This document shows positions 34,267 through 47,370 of a stretch of DNA of 64,000 bases, in pieces. The first letter of the stretch is position 1; each line of letters opens with the position of its first letter. The notes beneath the pieces were generated by a model. It was not told the origin of the DNA and made no database searches. It worked only from the letters and a program-made list of their open reading frames with translations. Origin of the DNA: Mobula hypostoma (taxonomy: Eukaryota). Both the position numbers and the translations under genes were made by a program. The DNA lies in assembly GCF_963921235.1 (NCBI RefSeq), contig NC_086107.1, positions 107,262,001-107,326,000 of the forward strand. The letters run 5' to 3'.

Positions 34267-34857
34267 GAGAAGATGGCGGTGAAAAACGACATCATATCTG
34301 TTAAATAGGGGCCGTGGACAATTCTGATTTGATGGAGAATGGACGTGAAAGCACAGAGGAACATCTGGAGAAATTTCTGAAACGCCCGTTCGCTGCTGTC
34401 ATTACTGTGTGGTCAGGAATCTTTCGGAGGGTAGGCCTCAAAATCCTCGGCCTTGCCTGTTTTTGGTGACCGAGAAGGAGGTCGAATCGTTCGGATAGAG
34501 ATGGCGCTCAGTACTCAGTGTCGGAAAGCTGATCAGAGGCTCGAAGTTTTCGGATGACTCCGAGTCGGATTGAGGTCGACATGGCAGGGAGAATTTTCCT
34601 TCCTTCTCCTGTCCGCGTGAGATGTGGGACATTTGAGAAACTTTGAACTTTACTGTGCTCATGGACTTCTTCATCAAGTTATGGTATCGTTACACTGTTT
34701 GTAACTATATGTTATAATTATGTGGTGTTGTCAGTTTTTTCAGTCTTGGTTTGTCCTGTGTTTTGTGACATCACACTGGAGGAAATAATGTATCATTTCT
34801 TAATGGATGCATTACTAAATGACAATAAAAGAGGACTGCGTGTCTTCATAATCATAA
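34267..34857 (+). mobile_element. Third copy of the YY1-headed non-autonomous retroelement
   Basis: GAGAAGATGGCGG head; tail GACAATAAAAGAGGACTGCGTGTCTTCATAATCATAA. Confidence 0.75.
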
Positions 34858-34957
34858 CACTTGGCCCCAAGGGGGTAGATTTGAAGGGAGAGGTGGTGAA
34901 GTTTGGGAGTTTCCAAGGCTCAGGACCCTCATGCCAGTGATCTAACCTAACTTCTGC

Positions 34958-35238
34958 CTGTTATGCCACTGGCATTTCGGGCAGCAGTAAAGATCCTCCA
35001 TCTTGGGCAGTGTTCAGGGCTTCCTTCATCATGTCAGTAGCTGGGTCTTCACTATTGTCAGTCATACAAGTCCCAGGTGGGGACTCGGGAATACCACCGC
35101 TCTCAGATGTAGAAAGGTACTTCCTTACTGCTTCCGTAACAATTTTGTTTGACCAGTCAGGGTTGTTAGCCTGAACTGAATCCCCAACATTGGAGGACTG
35201 GCAGACCACTCTTAGTCTGGCCTCTACTCTTTGACCTG
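34958..35238 (-). mobile_element. RTE-derived bipartite element, second copy (no palindrome)
   Basis: Reverse complement aligns with 31280-31380 and 31472-31640. Confidence 0.65.
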
Positions 35239-35559
35239 AAACTTTTATTCCATCTGGGTAGCCTCCAAACTAAAGGCATGAATATCAATTTCTCTGTCTG
35301 GTAAAAAAAAATTTCCCTCCCCCTACTCTCTTCTTCCCCACTCTGGCCATTTATCTCTTCTCACCTACCTATCGTTTCCCCTGGGTCCCCTCTTCCTTCC
35401 CTTTCTCTTGTGGTCCACTCTCCTCTCCGATTAGATTCCTTCTTCTCCAGCCTTTTAACTTTCCCACCCACCTGGCTTCACCTATCACCTTCCAGCTCGC
35501 CTCCTTCCCTTCCGCCCTGGTAATTTATCGATGCAGCAGAAAACTTGAACCAGACTTCA

Positions 35560-38500
35560 GACACCTAAAAATCAAATGCTGTCCGTTCTGTTTACTAAGG
35601 GAGTTCTCCTCCATAATCCTGACCTCAATTTACATACCACCAGTGGCCGACTATAATCAAGCGCTTGAAATTCTGCATGATGCACGAATGAAACAGTTCA
35701 TCTCAACACATTTCAAATCATAGTTGGGGACTTCATCCAGGTTCGTCTGAAGAAATCCCACCTAAATACCATCAGCATATAATCTGTAGCACCACAGGTC
35801 CCAACACACTAGACCACCACGATACTAAGATAAGGAATGTCTATCGTTCCATTCCCAGATTGCATTTCCAGGAATCAGATCTCTCGGTGGTCCTTCTCCT
35901 ACCTGCATACAGGCAGAGGCTAAAGAGCAAAGCTCTAGAGATTAGGACAACAAAGAGGTGTTTGGTGGAGTCAGAGGAGTGGCTACAGGATTGCTTTGAG
36001 TCGGTAGACTGGGCTGTGTTCTAGAACGTTTCCGTGGATCTGAAGAAATACACCATGAATGTCACGGACTTTTTTAAAACAGTCGTTGACAAGTGTGTTT
36101 CCACAAAATCATTCAGCGTCTTCCCCAACCAGCAGCCCTGGATGAACCATGAGATCCGCAATCTGCTGAGGTCTGGTGGCCAAGAAACTTACAAGAGGTC
36201 CAGCTACAATCTCCAGAAGAAAAGCCATCATACGGGTGGTGGAAATTCTGGCCCAAACTTGAATCATTGAAGGATGCTCGACAGTTGTGGCAGGGTTTGA
36301 ATGCTAATACCTCTTATAAAGTAAAATCAAGTGACACAGGAGACAGTAGAGCTTCACTTCCAAATGAGCTCAATGTCTTCTAAGCTCGCTCTGACCATCA
36401 AAACTTGGAGGAACCAAGACAAACTCCCACAGCTCTAAAGATCCTATGATTTCAATCGTTGAGGCCAACATGCAAGCATCCTTCAAGAGGGTGAACCCAC
36501 CAAAAGCATCCAGCCCAGATGGGGTACCTGGCCAAGTACTAAAGATCTGTGCTGATCAACTGGCTGGAGTGTTCACTGAGATCTTTAACTTCATTTGGCA
36601 GTCTGAGGTACCTACCAGCTCCAAGCAGGTTTCATTTATACCAGTGCCTAAGAAGAATGTGGTAATTTGCTCAATGAGTATTACTTACATCAACTATGAT
36701 AAAGTGTTTGGAGAGGTTGGTGATCAAAAATACCAACTCCTGCCTGAGAAGCGACTTGGATCCACTCCAATTTGCCTACCGTGGCAACAGATCCTGAGCA
36801 GATGCCATCTCATTGACTCTTCACTCAACCCTGGAACATCTGGACAGCAAAGATACATACATCAGGATTCTTTTTATCAACTACAGCTTGACATTCAACA
36901 CCATCATTCCCTCAAACCTAATCAATAAGTTTCAAGACCTTGGCTTCAATACCTTCTTGTGCAATTGGATCTTCGGTTTCCTCAGTTGGAGACCCCCAGT
37001 CAGTTCGGATTGGCAACAACATCTCCTCCACGATCTCAATCAGCACAGATACACCACAAGGCTGTGTGCATAGACCCTTGCTCTGCTCACCTTACACCTA
37101 TGAACGTGTGGCTAAGCACAGCTCCAATGTCATATTCAGGTTTGCTGATGACACCACTGTTGTTGGCCAAATCAAAGGTGGTGACGTATCAGGAGATAGA
37201 AGAAAGAAGTATTTCAAACCTTTTCGATACTTTTTAAGGTAAATTTCAAGCCTAGTCCTTTGACTGCTTTATTTGTTATTGTTGGAGGAAAGGATATTAT
37301 TTTGGAGCCATCTGATTTGCACATTTTGGCTTTTATGTCTCGTATGGCCAGAAGGACGATTTTGCTTAAATGGAAAGATGTGACCTCTCCTATTCATGCC
37401 CAATGGTTACGTGATGCGATGTCCTGTTTAAATTTAGAGAAGATTCGATGTTCAATCTTTGAATCTAATCAAGACTTTCGAACATCGTGGGGACCTTTTC
37501 TGAATTATTTTCAAAACCTTTGATTTGCTGTTGAAGCACTGATGATGACTAACAATCTTTTTTCTTCTTTTTCTACTAATCAGCTTCAGTCTTGGTAGTG
37601 GGTTAGATTTTTTTTATATAATAAAATTATTATTTTTCAATGTTATGAACTAATTGACTTGTACGAATATAGGGTAAGGAGTCCTTATATGCAACTTAGT
37701 TTAATGTATTGACATATATATTTTTTTCCTGTACTCTGTATTCTTATATATATAAATTAATAAAAATATTGGAAAAAGGAGATAGAAAATCTGGCTGAGT
37801 GGTGTCTCAACAACAACCTCTTATTCAATGTCAACAAGATCAAAGAGCTGATTATTGACTTCATGAGAATGAAACCAAAGGTCCATGAGCCATCTTCAGA
37901 GGTGGAGAGGGTCAGCAACTTTAAATTCCTCTGTGTTATTATTTCAGAGAACCCATCCTCAGCCCAGCACGTAAGAGTAATTACATTGAAAGCATGGCAA
38001 TGGCTCTGCTTCCTCAGGAGTTTGTGAAGATTCGGCATGACATCTAAAACTTTGACAAACTTCTATAGATGTGTGGTGGAGAGTACATTGACTGGCTGCA
38101 TCACAGCCTGGTATGGAAAGACCAATGCCCTCAAATGGAAAATTCTACAAAAAGTAGCGGATACGACCCAGTCCAACACGGGTAAAGCTCTCCCCGCCAT
38201 TGAGGACATCAACATAAAGCGGTGTTGCAGGAAAGCAGCATCTATCATCAGGGACACCCAACACCCAGGTCACGCTCTCTTCTCGCTGCTGCCATCAGGA
38301 AGAAAGTACAAGAGCTTCAGGACTCACAGTACCAGGTTCAGAAACAGTTATTACCTCTCAACCAACAGACTCCTGAACCAACTTCACTTGCCCCGTCATT
38401 GCAATCTTCCCACCACCCATGGACTCACTTTCAAGGACTCTTCGTCTCAAGTTCGGATATTTATTGCTTATTTATTTATTATTACTATTTATCTCTTTTT

Positions 38501-38672
38501 GTATTTGCTCAGTCTGTTGAACGCCCGAGTTGGTGCGGTCTTTCATTGATTCTATTATGGTTATTGTTCTGTTAAGGATCTACTGTGTATGCCCACAAGG
38601 AAATGAATCTCAGGGTTGTAAATGGTGATATATAGTACTTAGATAATAAATTTGCTTTGAACTTTAAACTTT
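35560..38672 (+). mobile_element. Long decayed Rex1/Babar-type LINE (endonuclease C-terminus to RT to 3' end), interrupted by L1
   Basis: [100 protein letters not shown]; tail TTTGAACTTT. Confidence 0.85.
37202..37776 (+). mobile_element. L1-clade LINE 3' end with 11-bp TSD
   Basis: ILAFMSRMARRTILLKWK..QWLRDAMSCLNLEKIR..WGPFLNYF is a fish L1 ORF2 C-terminus. AATAAA and a short A tail follow. AGGAGATAGAA is duplicated at 37191-37201 and 37777-37787. Confidence 0.85.
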
Positions 38673-38914
38673 GAGATCACTGCAGATGGGCAAAAAATGC
38701 AGATGATGGCTTAGCTGGTGACACCAACATCCCGTCAATAATAAAAATGGAATCCACCTCTTTTCCTCCCACACCAGAGCTGAACCTCACCATCCTGTAG
38801 AGTCTCTGAGTCAGCTGACTACAAGGATTCTCAGCGGTGCTTTAATAATTTTACTTCTCCTTGCCCAAGTTTGGCCCATATCCCTTTCAACCTTTCCTAA
38901 CCAAATACCCTTTA

Positions 38915-40005
38915 ATATGGAAGTAGTAAAATGGATTCAGCAGTGGCTAGATGGGAGACACCAGAGAGTAGTGGAGGATAACTGTGTGTCAGATTGGAGG
39001 ACGGTGTGTAGCGGTGTGCCTCAGGGATCTGTACTGGGTCCAATGTTGTTTGTCATATACATTAATGATCTGGATGATGGGGTGGTAAATTGGATTAGTA
39101 AGTATGCAGACGATACTAAGATAGGTAGCGTTGTGGATAATGAAGTAGGTTTTCAAAGCTTGCAGAGAGATTTAGGCCAGTTAGAAGAGTGGGCTGAAAG
39201 ATGGCAGATGGAGTTTAATGCTGATAAATATGAGGTACTACATTTTGGTAGGACTAATCAAAATAGGACATACATGGTAAATGGTAGGGCATTGAAGAAT
39301 GCTGTAGAACAGAGGGATCTAGGAATAATGGTGCATAGTTCCTTGAAGGTGGAATCTCATGTGGATAGGGTGGTGAAGAAAGCTTTTGGTATGTTGGCCT
39401 TTATTAATCAGAGCATTGAGTATGGGAGTTGGGATGTAATGTTGAAATTGTATAAGGCATTGGTAAGGCCAAACTTGGAGTAGTGTGTACAGTTCTGGTC
39501 ATCGAATTACAGGAAAGATGTCAATAAAATTGAGAGAGTACAGAGGAGGTTTACTAAAATGTTGCCTGGGTTTCATCTCCTAAGTTACAGAGAAAGGTTG
39601 AACAAGTTAGGTCTTTATTCTTTGGAGCGTAGAAGGTTGAGGGGGGACTTGATAGAGGTATTTAAAATTATGAGGGGGATTGATAGAGTTGACGTGGATA
39701 GGCTTTTTCCATTGAGAGTGGGGGAGATTCAAACAAGAGGACATGAGTTGAGAGTTAAAGGGCAAAAGTTTAGGGGTAACATGAGGGGGAACTTCTTTAC
39801 TCAGAGAGTGGTAGCTGTGTGGAACGAGCTTCCAGCAGAAGTGGTTGAGGCAGGTTCGATGTTGTCATTTAAAGTTAAATTGGACAGCTATATGGACAGG
39901 AAGGTTTATGGACCGAGTGCAGGTCGGTGGGACTAGGTGAGAGTAGGAGTTCAGCATGGACTAGAAGGGCCGACATGGCCAGTTCCCATGCTGTAATTGT
40001 TATTA
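38915..40005 (+). mobile_element. CR1 LINE, RT to 3' end, young
   Basis: SGVPQGSVLGPMLF, KYADDTKIG, WQMEFNADKYEVLHFG, LYKALVRPNLE, LERRRLRGDLIEVFK, FFTQRVVAVWNELP, with a premature stop at 39481. Confidence 0.92.
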
Positions 40006-40904
40006 GTGTTGCTAATGTTGTAACTGTCATTCTGGTGAGAGGCAAGAGACTTAGTTGGTGTGTGAGGGGCAACTTTTTCACCTGGAGAGTGTTAAATATG
40101 TGGAATGAGCTGCCAGAGGAAGTGGTTGGGGCAGGTACTTCAACAATATTTAAAAGGTGCTTGAACAGGCTCTTGAAAACTTATCCACGACCCCCCTGCA
40201 GATTTGTGTCCTTCTCTGACACCCACCATTCCCTAATCCCCTCATCAGAGAGGTCACCACAGCCAGATTTATTTCATCTACCCTTTCGCCCATTCACTGT
40301 CCCATCCCTAATCTGGAACAGGTGATGAAAACTCACCCTAAAAATTCCAGCTTGTGGAAAAAAAAACTGCGTGCCAAATATTTTCCTGAAATAATTTTTT
40401 TTTTTTGGCATTTCCAGGAGCAGATCTGAGGACAGAGATACTCCCCCCACCCCCGGGAGCTCCTGCCCTCACTCACACCCAAACCGGCTGAAAGTCAAAC
40501 CCGTCCTGAGCAGCAGCTGTCTCCTTCACAGCTCCCAAGGACAACTTCGCTGAGGCTGCTCCCCCCTTTGAGGACCCAGATATTCCCGTCTTGTGACAAC
40601 CAGACAGCGGCATAATTTACAATCCGGCAGCAGGACGCAGCCGCAAGAAAATCATCCTGGAAAGGACTAAACGGCCAGTACCCCTGAGCAGAGACGACCT
40701 ACATTCACAGAGTACGGTGTGTTAGCTGCCAGAATCACAATTTTAATCGGTTCTATAGTTAGAACCCATATTGCACTCAATAACCTCTGAATTTAGCAAC
40801 ATATGGACTTACTTTTCATTATGAGTTTAACTGTGATCACAGAGTCAATGATATACAAAATGGTTAAATTGATTTTGCACAAGGTTATATTCTGGAGCAC
40901 CCCG

Positions 40905-41105
40905 CCATTGTATGTAAGGAGCTTGTACGTTCTCCCTGTGACTGCGTGGGTTCCCCCTTGGGTGCCCCGGCGTCCTCCCACAGTCCAATGGTTGGTAGGT
41001 TAATTGGTCTTTTGTGGATTGTCCTGTGATTAGGCTGGGATTAAACTGGGGAAATTGCTGGGCTGCATGGCTCGAAGGGCAGGAAGGGTCTATTCCATGG
41101 GAAAG
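40905..41105 (+). mobile_element. V-domain SINE, 5'-truncated
   Basis: TGTAAGGAGCTTGTACGTTCTCCCTGTG..CCCACAGTCCAA core. Confidence 0.7.
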
Positions 41106-41124
41106 TTGTATTGCTTGAAGTTTA

Positions 41125-41295
41125 GCACAAGAGATTCTGCAGAATCTGCAGAATGCTGGAAATCCAGAGCAACACACACAAAATGCTGGAAGAACTCAGC
41201 AGGTCAGGCAGCATCTATGGAGATGAACATAAGGTCGACATTTCTGGCTGAGTCTCCTTATCAGGACTGGAAAGGAAGGGGTAAGAAGCCAGAAT
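41125..41295 (-). mobile_element. PLE pLTR with degenerate hammerhead
   Basis: Minus strand CAGTCCTGATAAGGAGACTCAGCCAGAAATGTCGACC, followed by the family body. Confidence 0.7.
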
Positions 41296-41404
41296 TATTC
41301 TTTTCCATGAGTGCAGAATTCCTCAGAGCCTATCCACATTTGGGGTTCCACTTTCAAAGTCCAATATCATGGCCACCCTATTTCTTTGGCGACATCACCA
41401 ATTA

Positions 41405-41812
41405 TAGTCATAGTCATAGTCATAGTCATACTTTATTGATCCCAGGGGAAATTGGTTTTTGTTACAGTTGCATCATAAATAATAAATAGTAATAAAACCA
41501 TAAATAGTTAAATAGTAATATGTAAATTATGCCAGGAAATAAGTCCAGGACCAGCCTATTGGCTCAGGTTGTCTGACCCTCCAAGGGAGGAGTTGTAAAG
41601 TTTGATGGCCACAGGCAGGAATGACTTCCTATGACGCTCTGTGTTGCATCTCGGTGGAATGAGTCTCTGGCTGAATGTACTCCTGTGCCCACCCAGTACA
41701 TTATGTAGTGGATGGGAGACATTGTCCAAGATGGCATGCAACTTGGACAGCATCCTCTTTTCAGACACCACCGTGAGAGAGTCCAGTTCCATCCCCACAA
41801 CATCACTGGCCT
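41405..41812 (-). mobile_element. Rex1-type LINE 3' end with (ATGACT)n tail
   Basis: Near-identical to 13652-14070. Confidence 0.85.
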
Positions 41813-41859
41813 TACAATTATAAAGCCATTATCATTGGTGTGGGAACACACACCAAACC

Positions 41860-42560
41860 TTATAGAGAGATCAGAAGTGGAAAGAATGAACAATTCCAAG
41901 TTCTTGGGTATCAATATTGCTGAGGGTCTATTCTGGGTCCAACATGTCGATGCAGCTATAAAGAAGGCAAGGCAGCGTCTATATTTTATTAGGAGTTTGA
42001 GGAGATTTGGTATGTCACCTAAAACACTCACAACTTTCGACACATGTTTGTATCATAACTGTCTGCGTCACCATCTGGTATGGGGGTGGGTTGGGGGTGT
42101 GGTGCTACTGCACAGGATTGAAATAAGCTGCAGGTTTGTAAACTCAGTCGGCTCCATCATGGGCACTGGCCTCCACAGTTTCCAGGACATCCTCAAGGAG
42201 CCATGCCTCAACAAGGTGGCGTTCGTCATTACGCACCCCCATCACCCAGATGATGCCCTGTTCTCATTGCTACCATCAGGGAGGAGGTACAGGAGCCTGA
42301 AGACACACACTCACCGATTCAGGAACAGCTTCTTCCCCTCTGCCATCCGATTTCTGAATGGACATCGAACCCATGAACACTATCTCACTACTTTTTTATA
42401 TCTATTTATGCACTACTTAATTTATTTAATATATACAGTATATACTTAATGTAATTCACAGTTTTTTCTCTAGTGTTATGTCTTGCATTGTACTGCAGCT
42501 GCAAAGACAAATTTCACGACATATGCTGGTGATATTAAACCTGATTCTGATTCTGATTCT
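41860..42560 (+). mobile_element. Rex1/Babar-type LINE 3' portion
   Basis: VERMNNSKFLGINI..KARQRLYFIRSLRRFG..LFSLLPSGRRYRSLKTHT; (TCTGAT)n tail. Confidence 0.8.
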
Positions 42561-42858
42561 ATTCTCATGACTACTAATACCAAAGCCACAGACTGCAACA
42601 TGGACAATCCAAATGTCTTTACCAAACCACTTGCCCAAGCACAACACCAGCAACAACAACCCAACACCCTCTATATCAAATGATCCAACATCAACCGTCA
42701 CTACCAGCAACTCAACAACAACCCAGCTATGGTACCAATACCAAGAAGATCAACTCCAAGTTAACACCAATCCAACACCAGTGTCAACCCCATCAACGAG
42801 TAATCAGAAACATGATTGAGATAAAGATTAACTTTGTTTGAAAAATGGAGAGCTATGT

Positions 42859-43447
42859 CAGAGGTATAAGGAGCTCCTTCCTTCCACTAGCCTGCAGGTC
42901 ACCCTTGGACAAGATTTGGTACCTGCTTAGCCCCCTCAGTCAGGGTCATGTGAAGCCATGGGAGCAGGTGGTGGATGGTCGTATGAGCAGCTGGTGCATA
43001 TCACAAATCCCGGTTATGTGACCACTGACACCAGGCAGCCAATCCCTGAAGAGTATTGATAATGGTTGTGATCATGTAAAGACACTGCCCAGAAGAAAGC
43101 AATGGCAAACCACTTCTGTAGAAAAAATTACCAAGGACAATCATGGACATGGATAGACAATGATTGCTCATGTCACACAACACAGCACATAATGATGACG
43201 TCATACAACACAGCACATAATGATGATATCATACAACACGGCACATAATGATGATGTCATACAACACAGCACATAACGATGATGCCATACAGCATGGCAC
43301 ATAATGATGATGTCACAACACAGCACATAATGATGATATCATACAACATGGCACATGTCATACAACACAGCACAAAATGATGATGTCATACAACACAGCA
43401 CATAATGATGACATCATACAATACCGCACATAATGATACTGATGATG
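42859..43447 (+). mobile_element. RTE-tailed SINE-like element with tandemly amplified 3' end, inserted in a CR1 tail
   Basis: Contains AGAAGAAAGCAATGGCAAACCACTTC, a BovB/Sauria-type RTE tail motif. Homolog at 60088-60447 (-). Confidence 0.65.
43172..43447 (+). repeat. ~28-bp tandem repeat (GTCATACAACACAGCACATAATGATGAT), about 9-10 copies
   Basis: Direct inspection; the unit equals the 3' terminus of the host SINE. Confidence 0.9.
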
Positions 43448-43687
43448 TAGGAGGGAAGAGCTAGATTGACCCTAGAGTAAGTTATGTTTGTATTGGGGGC
43501 CAAAGGTCAGGTATTGTACCGTAATGTTCTATGTTCTATGTGTCACATGAACATTGAAACATACAGTAAATGCGTCATTTGCTTCAATGACCAACACAGA
43601 CAAAGGATGTATTGGGGGCAGCCCACAAGAGCCTCCATGCTTCTGGCACCAACCTAGAATGCCGACAACTCACTAATCCTAACCCAT

Positions 43688-44062
43688 ACTTGATAGAGGT
43701 GTTTAAAATTATGAGGAGGATTGATAGAGTTGATGTGGATAGGCTTTTTCCATTGAGAGTGAGGGAGATTCAAACAAGAGGACATGAGTAGAGAGTTAAA
43801 GGGCAAAAGTTTAGGGGTAACATGAGGGGGAACTTCTTTACTCAGAGAGTGGTAGCTGTGTGGAACGAGCTTCCAGCAGAAGTGGTTGAGACAGGTTCGA
43901 TGTTGTTGTTTAAAGTTAAATTGGATAGCTATATGGACAGGAAGGGAATGGACGGTTATGGGCTGAGTGCAGGTTGGTGGGACTAGGTGAGAGTAAGAGT
44001 TCGGCACGGACTAGAAGGGCCGAGATGACCTGTTTCCATGCTGTAATTGTTATATGGTTATA
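43688..44062 (+). mobile_element. CR1 LINE 3' end
   Basis: Near-identical to 39648-40005. Confidence 0.9.
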
Positions 44063-44342
44063 CAGTCTGCCTTCGGAATGTGGGAGGAAACCTGAGCACC
44101 CACATGGTCATGGGGAAAGCATACAAAGTCCTTACAGACAGCAGCGGGCATTGGTGCAGGCGCCGTAAAGCGTTACACTGGCTGCTAGTTTCCGTGCTGC
44201 TGAGGTAGGCCATACAGTCCTTCAAAGCTGCTCCACCAGTCAAAATGATAAATGATGATTTGGTTCATCACCATTTTCTTGTCTGATTACCCCTAAATCC
44301 TAATTTCCCAGTAGTCCACTAATCCAATGAGTTAACACTGTG

Positions 44343-44580
44343 GGTGGCACAATGGCCTAGTGGCTGGCACAATGCTCTACAGTACAGACGACCAGGGTTC
44401 AATTCCCGCCTTTGCCTGTAAGGAGTTTGTACGTTCTCCCCGTGACCACGTGGGTTTTCTCCCATAGTCCAAGTACATTGGCAGGTCAATTGGTCATTGT
44501 AAATTGTAGGGTTAAATTGACAAAATTTAATTGATTAAAAGGACAATGAGGGTCTATTCTGCACTGTATCCCAATAAAAA
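44343..44580 (+). mobile_element. V-domain tRNA-derived SINE
   Basis: A-box TGGCCTAGTGG, B-box GGTTCAATTCC and V core. Confidence 0.75.
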
Positions 44581-44769
44581 TTTTAAACAAAACAGTCACT
44601 GCTCTCAGGTTCAAAGAATTCCAAAAGGTTTACAACCTTCCGGGAAACAGAAATTCCTCCTTAACGCCTAAAAAATTGCTTTTGATTCTGGAAATCTAAA
44701 ATAAAATGAGAAAGTGCAGTAAATAGTCAGCAGGTCGGCCTGCATTTGTTTGAATGGAAACACTCACCT

Positions 44770-45140
44770 CTTAGCACTTCCTGGTACAGTCAGGGGCAAC
44801 GCCACACCCCTCCTTCCACCTCTTCCCTTCCTACAGGGACCCAAACTGTGAAGCAGTGATTCGCCTGCAGCTTCTTCCAGCCAAGCCGATTGCATCCACT
44901 GTTCACAGCGTGACCTCCTCTACACTGAAGAAACCAGTCACTGACTGCGAATCTGCCGTGCAGAGCACCTGCGATCAGTCCTCAGTTGTAACCCTGAGCT
45001 TCATATTGCCTGCCCACTTTAATTTTCCATCTTATCCCTGATCTAAAAAGGCCCAGTGTTGGCTTGAGGAGATGTATTTCATCATCCGCCTGGGTCCATT
45101 GCTGGTTTTTGGAGTAAATATTGAATTAAACCAATTTCTC
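44770..45140 (+). mobile_element. Old Penelope-like GIY-YIG remnant
   Basis: Degenerate match to the 8040-8230 region and downstream endonuclease sequence (ACAGGGACCCAAAC..GTGAAGCAG..CTCCTCTACACTGAAGAAACC). Confidence 0.5.
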
Positions 45141-45174
45141 TGAGTATCAGTCACGTATCTGTGGTATTTTCTCC

Positions 45175-45868
45175 AGAAGTGGAGAGACTGAGCAGTTTCA
45201 AGTTCCTGGGTGTCACGATCTCGGAGGATCTAACCTGGTCCCAACATATTAAAGAAGGCAAGACAGCAACTGTACTTCATTATGAGTTTGAAGAGATTTG
45301 ACATGTTAACTAGTGCACTCAAAAACTTCCATTGATGTACTGTGGAGAGCATTCTGACAGACTGCATCGCTGTCTGGTATGGAGGGGCTACTGCACAGGA
45401 CCGAAGGAAGCTGCAGGGGGTTGTAAATCTAGTCAGCTCCATCTTGGGCACTAGTCTACAAAGTACCCAGGACATCTTTAGGGAGCAGTGTCTCAGAAAG
45501 GCAGCGTCCATTATTAAGGACCTCCAGCACCCAGGGCATGCCCTTTTCTCACTGTTACCATCAGGTAGGAGGTACAGAAGCCTGAAGGCACACACTCAAC
45601 GATTCAGGAACAGCTTCTTCCCCTCTGCCATCCGATTCCTAAATGGACGTTGAACCCTTGGACACTACCTCACTTTTTAATTATATATCATTTCTGTTTT
45701 TTGCATGATTTTTAATATATTCAATATACACATACTGTAATTGATTTACTTATTTACTTATTTTTTCCCTCTTCTATATTATGTATTGCATTGAACTGCT
45801 TCCGCTAAGTTAACAAACTTCACGCCACATGCCAAGATAATAAATCTGATTCTGATTCTGATTCTGAC
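45175..45868 (+). mobile_element. Rex1/Babar-type LINE 3' portion
   Basis: ESILTDCIAVWYGG..RKLQGVVN..HPGHALFSLLPSGRRYRSLKAHTQRFRNSFFP; (TCTGAT)n tail. Confidence 0.85.
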
Positions 45869-45969
45869 ATTTGTATTTTAATTCACTCAGAGTGGAAGTC
45901 GTGCCCTGACCTGACTTGATGGTCTTATCTTCCCCTTTTCCATTTAGCAACCCCCATATTCGTCAGTCT

Positions 45970-46620
45970 ATCCAAAAGTGGGGCCAGAGGGCACAGCCTC
46001 AGAGTATAAGGACGTCCCTTTAGAGATGAGAAGGCGCCTCCTTAGCCAGAGAGTGGTAAACCTGCGGATCTCAGTGCTATAGGTGGCTGTGGAGGCCAAG
46101 TCATTGGGTATGTTTGGTTTTTGATTAGAGTCAGAGCCATGTATTCTGCGTTGCACGTTTACTATATGCATTATGGTATCCAGTCACATTAGTGCGGGCA
46201 TTGTAAAAGCGGAGGAGATAAGTTATGTATTCATGCTTATTTTGTGGCAGTTTGTAGCTTGGGACCACAGAAGTCATGTCCCTGCTGACCAATGAGATAA
46301 TGCTCAATAATGCCTAATTGTATGTTTGCTAATTGCTGATAAAGGATCAAAATAGGGAATTTGACTCTTTGGAGCAACCATTGGAGTGGTGGGCATGACA
46401 CGCAAGTAGAACGACTCCATGAGGTCACAGGCTGGAGGGAATTGTTTCGTTTGGATCAATTTTGGTTAATTTTGCCGCTACAATTAGTAAGGGCATCAAA
46501 GGTTATGAGGAGAAGGCTGGAGAATGGGGTCGAGAGAGAAATTTATCAGCCATGATCAAATGGTGGGACCAGACTTGATGGGCCGAATGCCTAAGTCTGG
46601 TCCTATGCATTATGGTCTTA
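45970..46620 (+). mobile_element. CR1 3' end interrupted at 46129-46482
   Basis: GGCACAGCCTCAGAGTA..GTGGAGGCCAAGTCATTGGGTA..TTGATTAG // ATTAGTAAGGGCATCAAAGGTTATG..ATGGGCCGAATG..TATGGTCTTA. Confidence 0.8.
46129..46482. mobile_element. Probable solo LTR (354 bp) with 5-bp TSD
   Basis: ATTAG is duplicated at 46124-46128 and 46483-46487 within CR1. Termini are AGTCAGAGCC...GCCGCTACA (TG..CA with one substitution). Confidence 0.55.
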
Positions 46621-46794
46621 CGTTCTCCCTTTCCAACTCTTCTGTCCGTTGAATGACCAGCTAACCTTGTTCTCAGCTTACCCCTGTGGTTATTCCTGTT
46701 TTACCCCTCCGGAGACTGCCTCTTCACCAACCCTGGACTGTAACAAACTTCTTTTCCTTCCTTCCCTGTTCTGACGAAAGATCTTCAACTAAAT

Positions 46795-47370
46795 TCAAAA
46801 GAGTGCAAAGTAAATTTTATTATTAGGGTCACCATATACAATCCTGAGATTCATTTTCCTGTGGGCATACTCAGTAAATCTACAGAATAGTGACTATAAC
46901 AGGATCAATGAAAGATCAACCAGAGTGCAGAAGACAACAAACTGTGCAAATGCAAATATAAATAATCAGCAATAAATAATGAGATAAAGGGTCCTTAAAG
47001 TAAGATCATTGGGTTGTGGGAACTTTTCAATGATGGGGCGTGACCCCTTTTTATTCACGAGCCTGATGGCTGAGGGGTAATAACTGTTCTTGAACCTGGT
47101 GGTGTGAGTCCTGAGGCTCTTGTACCTTCTACCCGACGGCAGCAGCGAGAAGAGAGCGTGGCCTAGGTGGTGGGGATCTCTGATGATGGATGCTGCTTTC
47201 CTGCGACAATGCTCCGTGTAGATGGGTTCAAAGGTGGGGGTGGGGAGGTGGGGTTTACATGCCAGGCAGTGATGCAGCCCGTCTGTACACTTCCCACCGC
47301 ACACCTATAGAAGTTTGTCAATGTTTTTGCTATCATGCTGTATCTCTGCAAACTCCCAAGGAAGTGGAGG
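46795..47370 (-). mobile_element. Rex1/Babar-type LINE 3' end
   Basis: HCRRKAASIIRDPHHLGHALFSLLPSGRRYKSLRTHTTRFKNSYYP. Confidence 0.8.

Noticed and set aside
40395..40620. Possible coding exon after the strong acceptor T12GGCATTTCCAG (40417)
   Set aside because: All three frames close within about 45 codons, there is no recognisable peptide, and there is no convincing donor. A non-coding exon cannot be excluded.
41712..42449. 245-aa ORF
   Set aside because: It is an antisense Rex1 fragment joined to a decayed, frameshifted LINE fragment.
43172..43447. CRISPR-like array
   Set aside because: The units are directly tandem with no unique spacers, the context is eukaryotic, and the unit equals a SINE tail.
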